The notes under the pieces: model-generated
What the model was told of the DNA's origin: nothing
The model's input: only the letters and a program-made list of their open reading frames with translations
The model's database searches: none
From: Bacteroidaceae bacterium
GTDB lineage: Bacteria > Bacteroidota > Bacteroidia > Bacteroidales > Bacteroidaceae
NCBI GenBank assembly: GCA_024398555.1
Contig: JAKSIW010000001.1
Span: forward strand, 1 to 41,064
DNA: 41,064 bases
Direction: 5' to 3'
Shown: positions 1 through 9,102 of the stretch, piece by piece
How positions within the stretch are numbered: position 1 is the first letter of the stretch
Layout: each line of letters begins with the position of its first letter
Program-made: the position numbers and the translations under genes

Positions 1-1
1 G

Positions 2-73
2 GAGGATCCTGAGTTTGACACTTGGTGCGACAGCGTGATTGCCGCGCTTGAAGATACAAAGAAACTGTTTTAA
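2..73 (+). CDS. 3' end of an unidentified upstream gene (partial; ...EDPEFDTWCDSVIAALEDTKKLF*)
   Basis: The frame is open from the window edge to TAA at 71-73. It runs in the same direction as the next gene and ends 14 nt upstream of it. It is too short to identify. Confidence 0.25.
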   Translation, partial: EDPEFDTWCDSVIAALEDTKKLF

Positions 74-87
74 TCACAGAGAGACAG

Positions 88-573
88 GTGGAAATTACAG
101 AAACAACTGCATTGGTACGTCTCGGCATTAGTCTGGTGCTTGGACTGAGCATCGGACTGGAGAGGGAACGGCATAAGCATCAGGCTGGCCTGAGGACATT
201 CACGCTGGTGTGTCTGGGTTCTACGCTGGCTATGCTGCTCTCCATATACGTCTGTCAGCAGAACACCAACCTTCTGAACGGGGATCCGGGCCGGATAGCC
301 GCCCAGGTTCTGACAGGCATTGGTTTCATAGGTGCGGGACTGATTATGAAGAATAATGACGGAATCAGCGGACTTACAACAGCCGCCACAGTGTTCGTGA
401 CAGCCATCATCGGTCTGGCCGTAGGGGCAGGAATGTTTTTGGTCAGCGCTGCTACGACTGTTGCCGTTCTGGTGGTTCTCATGCTGTCCAGCGTAAAGAA
501 ACTGGCAAATAAGCCACATCCTCATCCTTTGGAATCTGAAAACGAGGATGAGTGGCGTGACAATGTGGAATGA
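88..573 (+). CDS. MgtC/SapB family membrane protein
   Basis: 161 aa with a GTG start and no in-frame ATG before the conserved N-terminus. The N-terminal signature LVLGLSIGLERERHKHQAGLRTF (GLERE...AGLRT) is followed by 4-5 hydrophobic helices, which is typical of MgtC. Confidence 0.8.
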   Translation: MEITETTALVRLGISLVLGLSIGLERERHKHQAGLRTFTLVCLGSTLAMLLSIYVCQQNTNLLNGDPGRIAAQVLTGIGFIGAGLIMKNNDGISGLTTAATVFVTAIIGLAVGAGMFLVSAATTVAVLVVLMLSSVKKLANKPHPHPLESENEDEWRDNVE

Positions 574-584
574 GTAACGGCCAG

Positions 585-616
585 TTTGGTAAATCGGATT
601 ATTGATTATAACTTTG
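585..616 (+). promoter_or_regulatory. Bacteroidetes-type promoter for rubrerythrin (-33 TTTG at 585-588, -7 TAACTTTG at 609-616)
   Basis: This is an exact match to the TAnnTTTG -7 consensus. A TTTG lies 20 nt upstream. The box is 54 nt upstream of the rbr ATG. Confidence 0.45.
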
Positions 617-670
617 CATATAAGTTGTCGTGCAGATGATTCCAAACAATTATAAAAATTAATTAAAACT

Positions 671-1210
671 ATGGCAAACAAGTATGCAGGTACCCAGACC
701 GAGAAAAATCTGGAAGCGGCTTTCGCCGGAGAGTCGCAGGCTCGCAACAAGTACACTTATTTCGCATCAAAGGCAAAGAAGGAGGGTTTTGAGCAGATAG
801 CAGCCATCTTCGAGGAGACTGCAAACAATGAGAAGGAGCATGCCAAACTCTGGTTCAAGGAACTGAACGGCATTGGAACAACGGCAGAGAACCTCGGCGC
901 AGCCGCTGACGGTGAGAACTATGAGTGGACTGACATGTATGAGGGCTTTGCCAAGACTGCCGAAGCTGAGGGATTCCCTGAGCTTGCAGCCCGATTCCGT
1001 CTGGTTGCTGCTATTGAGAAGCGTCACGAGGAGCGTTACCGTGCCCTTCTGAAGAACATCGAGACAGCTCAGGTATTTGAGAAGTCAGAGGTGAAGGTAT
1101 GGGAATGCCGCAACTGCGGTCATATTGTGGTAGGTACCAAGGCTCCGGAAGTATGTCCTACCTGTGCACATCCGAAGTCCTACTTCGAGATTCACAAGGA
1201 GAATTTCTAA
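671..1210 (+). CDS. rbr: Rubrerythrin
   Basis: 179 aa. The N-terminal ferritin-like diiron domain ([23 protein letters not shown]...EKEHAKLW...IEKRHEERY) is followed by a C-terminal rubredoxin-type CxxC...CxxC (CRNCGH...CPTCAHP). Confidence 0.95.
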   Translation: MANKYAGTQTEKNLEAAFAGESQARNKYTYFASKAKKEGFEQIAAIFEETANNEKEHAKLWFKELNGIGTTAENLGAAADGENYEWTDMYEGFAKTAEAEGFPELAARFRLVAAIEKRHEERYRALLKNIETAQVFEKSEVKVWECRNCGHIVVGTKAPEVCPTCAHPKSYFEIHKENF

Positions 1211-1249
1211 TCTCCGCTGCAGGTGGAAGCCTGCCGGACAAGGATTCTT

Positions 1250-1594
1250 CTATTTGGAGTTTTTGTAGCCTGTCTGTTGAAGACGGGCTACTATTTTTTC
1301 CTTCAGATCACCCTGAATGATGATTTCACCGTCCTTGACGGCGCCGCCGGTACCGCAGAAGGTCTTTAGCGCCCGTGCCAGTTCCTTCATGTCATCATCA
1401 GGGCCGGCAAACCCGCGTACAATAGTAACGGTCTTGCCTCCATGACCATGCCTCTCTACCGCTACGCGCAGTTTCTGCTGTGATGGCTGAAGCAGTTCCG
1501 CCTCCGGCTCGCCGTCGTTATCAAACTTGAAGTCAGGATTTGTGGAATACACCATGCCGAGACGGCTTTTCCAATCATTATCGTTCTTGCTCAT
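1250..1594 (-). CDS. yciH: SUI1/eIF1-family translation initiation factor (YciH-like)
   Basis: 114 aa. The SUI1 core reads LRVAVERHGHGGKTVTIVRGF...LKTFCGTGGAVKDGEIIIQGD. Confidence 0.85.
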   Translation of the reverse strand: MSKNDNDWKSRLGMVYSTNPDFKFDNDGEPEAELLQPSQQKLRVAVERHGHGGKTVTIVRGFAGPDDDMKELARALKTFCGTGGAVKDGEIIIQGDLKEKIVARLQQTGYKNSK

Positions 1595-1619
1595 TTTGGT
1601 CTTTCTTTTTCAACTGCGA

Positions 1620-1627
1620 CAAATATA
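1620..1627 (-). promoter_or_regulatory. -7 promoter box (TATATTTG on the minus strand) for yciH
   Basis: CAAATATA on the plus strand is the reverse complement of TAnnTTTG. It lies 26 nt upstream of the yciH ATG. Confidence 0.4.
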
Positions 1628-1692
1628 GCTGTTATTCCCGTTTCTTGTATCAGTGTATTTTGCAATGCGGAACACCGTACGGAATTATTGAA

Positions 1693-1700
1693 TATGTTTG
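1693..1700 (+). promoter_or_regulatory. -7 promoter box (TATGTTTG) for the DsbA-like gene
   Basis: Exact TAnnTTTG match 30 nt upstream of the ATG at 1731. No well-spaced -33 TTTG is present. Confidence 0.35.
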
Positions 1701-1730
1701 CAGGTTAATCCACTTTAGTCAGTTGGCAAT

Positions 1731-2435
1731 ATGAAAAGGAAATATTTTTTGGCAATTGTGCCAGTTGCTCTTTTTGCGGTGATTCCGCTGCTTACGACAC
1801 TGCATCGCAGTTGCTTCCGGGGAACAGCTGTGGAACCATTGCCGGAAGTTCCGGAAGAGTCTGTTATGACAATGGGATCGGATGATGCCGGATATGTCAT
1901 TACGCTGCTGTTCGATTACCAGTGCTCCCATTGCCGGACGCTGCATCAAATGCTTCCGAAGGTTGTGGAGATGAGTGGCGGTGACATAGCATTCAGACTT
2001 TGTCCTACTCCGCTCAGCACTCGCTGCAATCCATATATTCCGTTGGCAGACATGGATCCGTTCGAGGGATCATGCGAACTTGCCCGGACTGCACTGGCTG
2101 TCTGGTATTCCGCTCCGGAACGCTTTCCGGAGTTTGATGATTGGATGTTCTCGGGTCAGGATATGACAGGCTGGCATCCGCGTCCGGTGGCCGAGGCGCA
2201 GGCTTATGCCGGAGAACTGCTGGCAGCCAGTTCCCAAGACCTGACTGATGCTATGAACAATCCGATGATATCAGATGCCATTGCACTTCACACTGAACTG
2301 TTGGGACGTACGTCTGCAGGCAACGCTGGGGGTATCCCGCGTCTGATATTCGGGCAGAGGTGGCTTGTTCCCAAAGCCGATGATGCCGAATCCCTGCTCT
2401 CGGACATTGTGTCGCAGCTAATCGGAAAAGAGTGA
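1731..2435 (+). CDS. DsbA-like / thioredoxin-fold thiol:disulfide oxidoreductase with an N-terminal membrane anchor
   Basis: 234 aa. It has an N-terminal hydrophobic segment (FLAIVPVALFAVIPLL) and a CxxC motif (DYQCSHCRTLH) in a thioredoxin-like context. Confidence 0.6.
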   Translation: MKRKYFLAIVPVALFAVIPLLTTLHRSCFRGTAVEPLPEVPEESVMTMGSDDAGYVITLLFDYQCSHCRTLHQMLPKVVEMSGGDIAFRLCPTPLSTRCNPYIPLADMDPFEGSCELARTALAVWYSAPERFPEFDDWMFSGQDMTGWHPRPVAEAQAYAGELLAASSQDLTDAMNNPMISDAIALHTELLGRTSAGNAGGIPRLIFGQRWLVPKADDAESLLSDIVSQLIGKE

Positions 2436-2473
2436 TTTTTTTAGTACTTTCGCATTGTCAATAGGATGTTGCG

Positions 2474-3094
2474 ATGAAGATTATATGCGTTGGCTGGAAT
2501 TATGCCGAGCACAATAAAGAACTGGGGTGTACGTTAAAGGAAGGGGAGGAACCTGTTGTTTTCTTCAAACCTGATTCCGCCTTCCTGAGGAACCGTCGGC
2601 CTTTTTTCCTGCCGGATTTTTCAGAACAGGTGGAATATGAGACTGAGCTGGTGTTCCGAATCGGAAGACTGGGCAAGAGCATAGGCGCAAGGTTTGCGGA
2701 CAGATATATTGACGGCGTGACTGTCGGTATTGATTTCACTGCACGCGACATGCAGGCTGACTGCCGCAGAAAAGGTCTGCCATGGGGTATCTGCAAAGGT
2801 TTTGACGGATCGGCTGCAGTAGGGGACATGAAGCCTGTACCTGTGTCGGAAGGGGCGTTGGAGAATATCAGATTCCGTCTTGACATTGATGGGAAGACTG
2901 TCCAGAACGGCTTTTCAGGAGATATGATATTTCCAGTTAGGCGTCTGGTGGAATATGTGAGCAGGTTCTGTACACTCAAGACAGGCGATCTGCTGTTCAC
3001 CGGTACTCCCAAAGGTGTCGGCCCTGTCAGGATAGGACAGCATCTCGAAGGTTATCTCGAAGATGAAAAGGTGCTGGACTTCCATATAAGATGA
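2474..3094 (+). CDS. Fumarylacetoacetate hydrolase (FAH) family protein
   Basis: 206 aa. The sequence MKIICVGWNYAEHNKE...EYETELVFRIG...DLLFTGTPKGVGPV is the characteristic small FAH-domain architecture. Confidence 0.85.
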   Translation: MKIICVGWNYAEHNKELGCTLKEGEEPVVFFKPDSAFLRNRRPFFLPDFSEQVEYETELVFRIGRLGKSIGARFADRYIDGVTVGIDFTARDMQADCRRKGLPWGICKGFDGSAAVGDMKPVPVSEGALENIRFRLDIDGKTVQNGFSGDMIFPVRRLVEYVSRFCTLKTGDLLFTGTPKGVGPVRIGQHLEGYLEDEKVLDFHIR

Positions 3095-3098
3095 TAGT

Positions 3099-6000
3099 TT
3101 GAAGAGGTTTCTGTACATATCGGCGATACTCGTGTGGCTGTCCGCAGGGATGGGCGCGCAGGGCTTTGTTGAGGTCCCGTGGGATGAGATCGGACGTGAT
3201 TCCATCCTGCCTTTCTATGGAGTCCAGCAGACGCTTCCTTCTGATTATGACAGCTATTCGTATGATGCCTGCATTGAGTTTCCTGAATTTGTACCTGCAA
3301 GCAGGGAGGAAATCGGGCGATGGAATCTGGAAGAATATGCCGGAATGCTGGGTGAATGGCCCGAATTGTCAGTGACAGCGAACTCCAGCCGCGGTGCAGG
3401 CCTGCTGGATATCGGATTGGTTCCTATTGTGGAGCGGGAAGGCAGATTCTATAGGATAAATACATTCAAACTCGTAGTTACCCGTAAAAGAACTGCAGTT
3501 CGGGCTGCCGGAAACAGTGGGGCTGCATCAGCCTATGCAGCATCATCCGTACTCGGCGATGGCCGATGGTATAAGATTCGAGTTTCACAGTCCGGCATTC
3601 ATAAGCTTACACGCAAAGCTTTGGCTTCGATGGGGTTCAAGGATCCTTCCAAGGTGAGGATATACGGATACGGAGGCGCTCTCCTGCCTGAGACAGGATT
3701 GGAGAACATGACGGACGACCTTCCTGAACTGCCGGCCATGCACACAAGCGACGGCATACTGTTCTATGCAAAGGGACCTCTCTCGTGGAGTATGCGTATG
3801 GACGGAAGCTACAGGCATACCTGGAATACTTTTTCTGAATACGGGTATTATTTCCTGACCTCGGATGACTCCGTTATGCCGACGGCTATCCCGGAACTGC
3901 AGCCTGAGTCAGGTACTTTTACCACCGTTACGGAAGGACCTGACTATGCTCTGTACGAGAAGGATGCTTTCAGCTGGTTTGAGTCAGGCCGCAGTTTCTA
4001 TGATTCCTACGATTTTCTGAACGGCTCCTCCGTTTCGTATTCTTTCAGTCTGGATGGAGTGACCGCCGGTAAAGCTACTGTTGATGTATCATTCTCTTCT
4101 TCCGGAACGGCTTCCTCCACGCTGGAAGTCTATGTCAATGACACGAAGGCAGGTTCGTTTCTGCTTCCTGTCAAGGCTTCCACAGATCGGGCCACTGTTG
4201 CATCGGGCTCCTTCGTTTATACGGGGAGCCTTTCCGGTAATGACAGAATACGTCTTCATCATGTTCAGTCTGCCGGCGTATCAGGAAGACTGGACTACAT
4301 AAGACTGAACTTTCAGCGTACGCTTGAACTTCGGGGAACTGACACGAACTTCCGTACAGGACGTTCTGCCGGGCGGTTCAGTTTCAGAATCAAGTCTGCC
4401 CATGATGCGGTCGTATGGAATGTCGGCAGTCGTGGTGTCTGCATTGTACCGTCATCCATGCAGGACGGCTATTGCGTGACTTCACCTGTGACAAGCACCG
4501 CTCAGGACGAGTATGTGGTATTTGATCCGGCCGCTACATTCCCGGCTCCTGAACCTGTCGGTGTTGTCGCCAATCAGAACCTGCATGCCATTCCCGGTGC
4601 GGATATGATTATTATCGTACCATCGTCCGGCGTAATCGCATCGCAGGCGGAACGTCTGGCGGAGGCACACAGGGAGCATGACGGACTGGATGTGGCGGTA
4701 GTACGGGCAGAGGAAATATACAACGAGTTCTCCTCCGGAACACCGGATGCCACAGCATATCGCAGATTTGTCAAGATGCTGTATGACAGGGCAGCCAAGG
4801 ACAGGAAACCACGATATCTGCTGCTTTTCGGAGGTGGAACATGGGATAACCGCATGATAACTCCTGCATGGCACGGTGCAAACTCTGATGACTATCTGCT
4901 CTGTTATGAGTCAGATAACAGCATAAGTGAGACAAAGTCGTATGTAGCCGATGACTATTTCGGACTTCTCGAAAACGGTAAGGGAGGCAATATCCTTACT
5001 GAAAAGATTGACATTGGAATAGGCCGCTTCCCGGTGACTACTCAGAATGATGCCAAAGTGATGGTGGACAAGGTTATCAGATACATGGAGAATGAAAATG
5101 CCGGAGAATGGCAGAATTCAGTGCTGATACTGGGAGATGACGGTGATGCTAACATCCACATGGAACAGGCTGATGAACTGGCGTGCCGCATAGCCTCCGC
5201 CAATCCTGCTCTCAATATCAAAAAGATATACTGGGATGCCTATAAGATGGAGGTGTCATCCTCCGGAAACAGCTATCCGTCTGTACGTCAGGAGATACTC
5301 AGCCATCTGGAGAAAGGCGCTCTTCTGGTTAACTATACCGGACATGGCAGTCCTGAGGTGCTGTCACATGAGCTGGTGCTCAACAATACGGATTTTCTGA
5401 CCATGAAATCCACAAGGCTTCCGTTATGGGTCACGGCATCCTGTGACATATCACCGTTTGATGCTGCATATGAGTCCATAGGCGTGAATGCACTCCTGAA
5501 TCCGGATGGCGGTGCGCTTGCCATGTTCTCGACGGCACGTACCGTATTCTCTGCGCAGAATCAGAAAATCAATATGCTGTTTGATGACTTTGCCCTGGAT
5601 GGAGTCAGCAGTATCGGTGATGCCGTGCGTGAGGCAAAGGTCAGACTTGTGACCCCATCCTCCCCTCTGGTTGACTATTCTGAGAACAAACTGCATTACA
5701 TACTTCTCGGAGATCCGGCTCTTCATCTGGCCGTGCCGAAGGATAGAGTGGTGGTGGATTGCGTTCAATCCGATTCCACTGCAGGGAGTATGCCTGTAGC
5801 ACGCGCCGGTTCCAAAGTGACGGTGTCAGGACATATTGAAAATGGTGCCGGAGTGGCAGACGGATTCAATGGTGTCATTTCTCCGTCTGTGTTCGACAGC
5901 GAACGTCATATTGTCACTGGAAACAATGCCGGGGCGGCAGATGAGCCGTTCGAGTACGATGATTATGACAGACTTCTCTATTCGGGAAGTGATTCAGTGA

Positions 6001-6818
6001 GATCCGGACAGTTCTCGTTTACGTTCCCGGTACCGAAGGATATCAATTACTCCAATGAACGCGGACGCATTGTCCTGTTCGCCCTCTCGGATGCAGGTAT
6101 CTCGGCCCACGGATGCAGTGACGGCTTTCTGGTAGGAGGTACATCGTCCTATCTGTCAGCGGATTCCCTGGGTCCTGACATCTCGCTGTATCTGAACACT
6201 CCCGGTTTCCAGTACTGGGACAAGGTCAATTCTGCCCCCTGTCTGGTGGCAGAGATAAGTGACGGTGACGGGATAAATTCCTTCGGCAATGGTATCGGAC
6301 ATGATATCCTGCTGGTTGTGGACAATGATCCTGCATATACGTTCGTCCTCAACGGATACTATTCCTCCGTGGGCGGCGATTATCGCAGGGGCAGGGTAGT
6401 GTACAACATCCCGTCGCTGCCGGAAGGACGTCACACACTGATGCTCAGAGCCTGGGATGTGCTGAACAACTCATCTGTGGCTTATTTGGGATTCGAGGTC
6501 GTGAACGGACTTTCTCCCCAGATGCTTTCTGTAGATCTTACAGACAATCCTGTACGTGAGAGGACTTCCTTTGTCATTACGCATAACAGGCCCGGAAGCG
6601 TGGCTTCCGTTACGATAGAGGTGGCGGATACAGGCGGAAGAGTCCTGCTGCGTGACTCCTACACGGACTACTCCGCATCATCTGTGTCCATGAGGGATTG
6701 GAATATCTGCGGAGACAGCGGCCAGAGGCTGCAGCGTGGCCTTTATATTTACAAAGTGACGCTTGAGGATACCGATGGGGCGGCAGCGACTGCCACCGGC
6801 AAGTTCGTCGTCCTGTAG
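3099..6818 (+). CDS. porU: Type IX secretion system sortase PorU (C25/gingipain-like peptidase with its own C-terminal T9SS domain)
   Basis: 1239 aa. A signal peptide is present only if the TTG at 3099 is the start (MKRFLYISAILVWLSAGMGAQG). The central caspase-like region contains VNYTGHGSP...LWVTASCD. The C-terminal roughly 90 aa form a Por-secretion-tail-like beta sandwich (GLYIYKVTLED...GKFVVL). A porV homologue lies immediately downstream. Confidence 0.9.
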   Translation: MKRFLYISAILVWLSAGMGAQGFVEVPWDEIGRDSILPFYGVQQTLPSDYDSYSYDACIEFPEFVPASREEIGRWNLEEYAGMLGEWPELSVTANSSRGAGLLDIGLVPIVEREGRFYRINTFKLVVTRKRTAVRAAGNSGAASAYAASSVLGDGRWYKIRVSQSGIHKLTRKALASMGFKDPSKVRIYGYGGALLPETGLENMTDDLPELPAMHTSDGILFYAKGPLSWSMRMDGSYRHTWNTFSEYGYYFLTSDDSVMPTAIPELQPESGTFTTVTEGPDYALYEKDAFSWFESGRSFYDSYDFLNGSSVSYSFSLDGVTAGKATVDVSFSSSGTASSTLEVYVNDTKAGSFLLPVKASTDRATVASGSFVYTGSLSGNDRIRLHHVQSAGVSGRLDYIRLNFQRTLELRGTDTNFRTGRSAGRFSFRIKSAHDAVVWNVGSRGVCIVPSSMQDGYCVTSPVTSTAQDEYVVFDPAATFPAPEPVGVVANQNLHAIPGADMIIIVPSSGVIASQAERLAEAHREHDGLDVAVVRAEEIYNEFSSGTPDATAYRRFVKMLYDRAAKDRKPRYLLLFGGGTWDNRMITPAWHGANSDDYLLCYESDNSISETKSYVADDYFGLLENGKGGNILTEKIDIGIGRFPVTTQNDAKVMVDKVIRYMENENAGEWQNSVLILGDDGDANIHMEQADELACRIASANPALNIKKIYWDAYKMEVSSSGNSYPSVRQEILSHLEKGALLVNYTGHGSPEVLSHELVLNNTDFLTMKSTRLPLWVTASCDISPFDAAYESIGVNALLNPDGGALAMFSTARTVFSAQNQKINMLFDDFALDGVSSIGDAVREAKVRLVTPSSPLVDYSENKLHYILLGDPALHLAVPKDRVVVDCVQSDSTAGSMPVARAGSKVTVSGHIENGAGVADGFNGVISPSVFDSERHIVTGNNAGAADEPFEYDDYDRLLYSGSDSVRSGQFSFTFPVPKDINYSNERGRIVLFALSDAGISAHGCSDGFLVGGTSSYLSADSLGPDISLYLNTPGFQYWDKVNSAPCLVAEISDGDGINSFGNGIGHDILLVVDNDPAYTFVLNGYYSSVGGDYRRGRVVYNIPSLPEGRHTLMLRAWDVLNNSSVAYLGFEVVNGLSPQMLSVDLTDNPVRERTSFVITHNRPGSVASVTIEVADTGGRVLLRDSYTDYSASSVSMRDWNICGDSGQRLQRGLYIYKVTLEDTDGAAATATGKFVVL

Positions 6819-6886
6819 TCTGTGAAATGGTGCTAAATGTGAGTGACGACACAATAAATCATAATTCTGAGTGTTTATTATTTACT

Positions 6887-8074
6887 ATGAGGAAACTGAC
6901 AATTGCTATACTGATGTCTCTCGCCGTCCATATGGTATCGGCACAGAAGGATATGTTCAATCCTGTCTATACCGGTGTGACATCACTTTCCATTGCTCCG
7001 GACTCAAGAGCAGGTGCCATGGGTGACGTAGGCTGTGCCACTGACCCATATTATGACATCAACAACCAGTTTTGGAATCCGGCCAAATATCCGTATACCA
7101 AAAGCTCTGCCGGAGTCTCCCTGTGCTACACTCCGTGGCTGCGCAAACTCGTGTCGGACATTGACCTGGCATACCTGACAGGCTATGGCAAGATTGATGA
7201 CTATTCGGCTGTGAGCGGCTCGCTGACTTATTTCTCTCTGGGTGAGGTCATTGCTGACACATATACTATCAAACCGTACGAACTGGCCTTGGACTTTGCA
7301 TACTCCAGAATGCTTTCGGACGTATTCTCCGCAGCTGTAGCTCTCCGTTTCATATATTCCGATCTGCAATATGACTATGCGGATGATGTTACTCCCGGCA
7401 AGTCTTTTGCCGCCGATATTGCCATGTACTACAACAACTACGTCGGAATAGGCCGCAGGGACTGTATGCTCGGACTGGGTATGAATATCTCAAACATCGG
7501 TAGCAAGATATCGTATGATGGCGGTCAGACCAACCAGTTCATACCGACCAATCTCAGATTGGGTGCATCGCTGCTTGTTCCGATTGATGAGTACAATGCC
7601 TTCTCCATCAATGCGGATGCCAATAAGCTGCTGGTCCCGACGAAGCCTACCTATTCCCAGTTCATGGAGGAGGAACATCCGGGGGAGACGGATGACAAGT
7701 ACAGTTATGCCTCTGAGTATGCCACATGGGTAGAGTCAACCGGATACAATGACATATCTCCGATTTCAGGAATATTCAAGTCGTTCCACGATGCTCCCGG
7801 CGGATTCGAGGAGGAGATGCGCGAGATATACTGGGGACTGGGCGTTGAGTACATCTACAATGATCAGTTCACACTTCGCGCCGGCTATCATTATGAGGAT
7901 GAATATAAGGGAAACAGAAAGTACTTTACCGTTGGAGCCGGCTTCAGGATGAATGTCTTCGCGCTTGACGCAGCTTATCTTGTATCCACTTCACAGAGTA
8001 ATCCTCTGGATCAGACAATACGCTTCTCCCTGTCATTCGACATGGATGGCATCAGAACAATGTTTGGAAGATAA
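6887..8074 (+). CDS. porV: Type IX secretion outer-membrane shuttle protein PorV (LptO)
   Basis: The start was moved to the ATG at 6887, which yields the signal peptide MRKLTIAILMSLAVHMVSAQ. Conserved N-terminal PorV motifs are APDSRAGAMGDVGCAT, FWNPAKYPY and SLCYTPWLRKL. The rest has beta-barrel-like alternating sequence. Confidence 0.85.
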   Translation: MRKLTIAILMSLAVHMVSAQKDMFNPVYTGVTSLSIAPDSRAGAMGDVGCATDPYYDINNQFWNPAKYPYTKSSAGVSLCYTPWLRKLVSDIDLAYLTGYGKIDDYSAVSGSLTYFSLGEVIADTYTIKPYELALDFAYSRMLSDVFSAAVALRFIYSDLQYDYADDVTPGKSFAADIAMYYNNYVGIGRRDCMLGLGMNISNIGSKISYDGGQTNQFIPTNLRLGASLLVPIDEYNAFSINADANKLLVPTKPTYSQFMEEEHPGETDDKYSYASEYATWVESTGYNDISPISGIFKSFHDAPGGFEEEMREIYWGLGVEYIYNDQFTLRAGYHYEDEYKGNRKYFTVGAGFRMNVFALDAAYLVSTSQSNPLDQTIRFSLSFDMDGIRTMFGR

Positions 8075-8550
8075 TGATTCGCGTAGGTTTCGGATATGAC
8101 GTACATCAGTTCGCTGAGAATCGTGAACTGTGGGTTGGAGGAGTGAAGCTCGAGTATACATTGGGACTTCTCGGCCACTCTGATGCGGACGTGCTGATTC
8201 ATGCTATCTGCGATGCTCTGCTCGGAGCTGCCAATCTGAGAGATATCGGTTATCACTTTCCCGACAAGGATCCGAAGTACAAGGGCATTGACAGCCGGAT
8301 ACTGCTTCGGGAGTGCACGCGTCTCCTTGATGAAAAGGGCTACAGGATAGGAAATATCGATGCTACGGTATGCGCTGAACAGCCAAAGCTCAATCCGCAT
8401 ATTCCACAGATGCAGAACGTTCTGGCTGAATGTATGGGCATTGATGCGGATGCTGTGTCCATCAAGGCTACCACTACTGAGAAACTGGGATTTACGGGGC
8501 GCGGTGAAGGAATGTCAGCGTATGCCGTCTGTCTGATAGAGTCCAAGTGA
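8074..8550 (+). CDS. ispF: 2-C-methyl-D-erythritol 2,4-cyclodiphosphate synthase
   Basis: 158 aa with MIRVGFGYDVHQF...GHSDADVLIHAICDALLGA...FPD. The ATG shares one nt with the porV TAA (TAATG). Confidence 0.95.
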   Translation: MIRVGFGYDVHQFAENRELWVGGVKLEYTLGLLGHSDADVLIHAICDALLGAANLRDIGYHFPDKDPKYKGIDSRILLRECTRLLDEKGYRIGNIDATVCAEQPKLNPHIPQMQNVLAECMGIDADAVSIKATTTEKLGFTGRGEGMSAYAVCLIESK

Positions 8551-9102
8551 ACTGAGTATACAGTCCGGCACCATCCCCTCTACTGGCTTCCCTTGAGAAA
8601 GTCTTTCCCTGATTTGTGTGGAACTGACATCCCATAGCGGGCAATCCAGAATATGCACGTCTGCCCCAGTGCTGTTCTCTATGGAGTATCCGCTTCTCGG
8701 ATAGACTATTATGCTGTAATTGTCGAGTATGAACCTGCTGTCGTACCAGTTGGCGAACTTCTCCCAGTTGTCAGCCCCTATCACCAGTATGAAATCCCTG
8801 TTAGGAAATGCCTCGGAGAGCGCACGCAGTGTATTGGCTGTGTAGGATGGCTTGGGCAGGTTGAACTCGAAATCTGACGCTGTGATTCCATCCATATCAT
8901 GCGTCGCCAGACGGGCAAGATTCAGCCGATAGTCATCATCTGTCAGTTTCTGATCCCTTTTCCATGGATTCATCGGTGTGACCATCAGCCACAGTCCGTC
9001 AGCCAGTCCTGCATCAAGAACGGACCTGGCAACAGCCAGATGGCCGTTGTGTATGGGATTGAAAGTGCCTCCGAAGATGGCTGTACGGATTCTGTCAGGC
9101 AT
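8515..9102 (-). CDS. nadD: Nicotinate-nucleotide adenylyltransferase
   Basis: 195 aa with the GGTFNPIHNGHL (HxGH) motif and SSTQIR near the C-terminus. Confidence 0.9.
   Translation of the reverse strand: MPDRIRTAIFGGTFNPIHNGHLAVARSVLDAGLADGLWLMVTPMNPWKRDQKLTDDDYRLNLARLATHDMDGITASDFEFNLPKPSYTANTLRALSEAFPNRDFILVIGADNWEKFANWYDSRFILDNYSIIVYPRSGYSIENSTGADVHILDCPLWDVSSTQIRERLSQGKPVEGMVPDCILSSLGLYQTDGIR

Noticed and set aside
70-756. A 228-aa minus-strand ORF spanning the MgtC gene, the intergenic region and the rbr start.
   Set aside because: It is antisense to two strongly supported plus-strand genes and crosses a promoter-bearing intergenic gap. Its composition is Cys/His/Gln/Arg-rich and protein-unlike, which marks it as a shadow ORF.
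1211-1249. A possible bidirectional terminator between the convergent rbr and yciH genes.
   Set aside because: Only an imperfect short stem is present (CTGCAGG...CCTGCCG), with mismatches and no flanking T or A runs. This is too weak to call.
6827-6886. The longer PorV start at 6827 (MVLNVSDDTINHNSECLLFT...).
   Set aside because: The extension places 20 non-hydrophobic residues in front of a perfect signal peptide that begins at the ATG at 6887. It would also start only 9 nt after the porU stop, with no conserved sequence.
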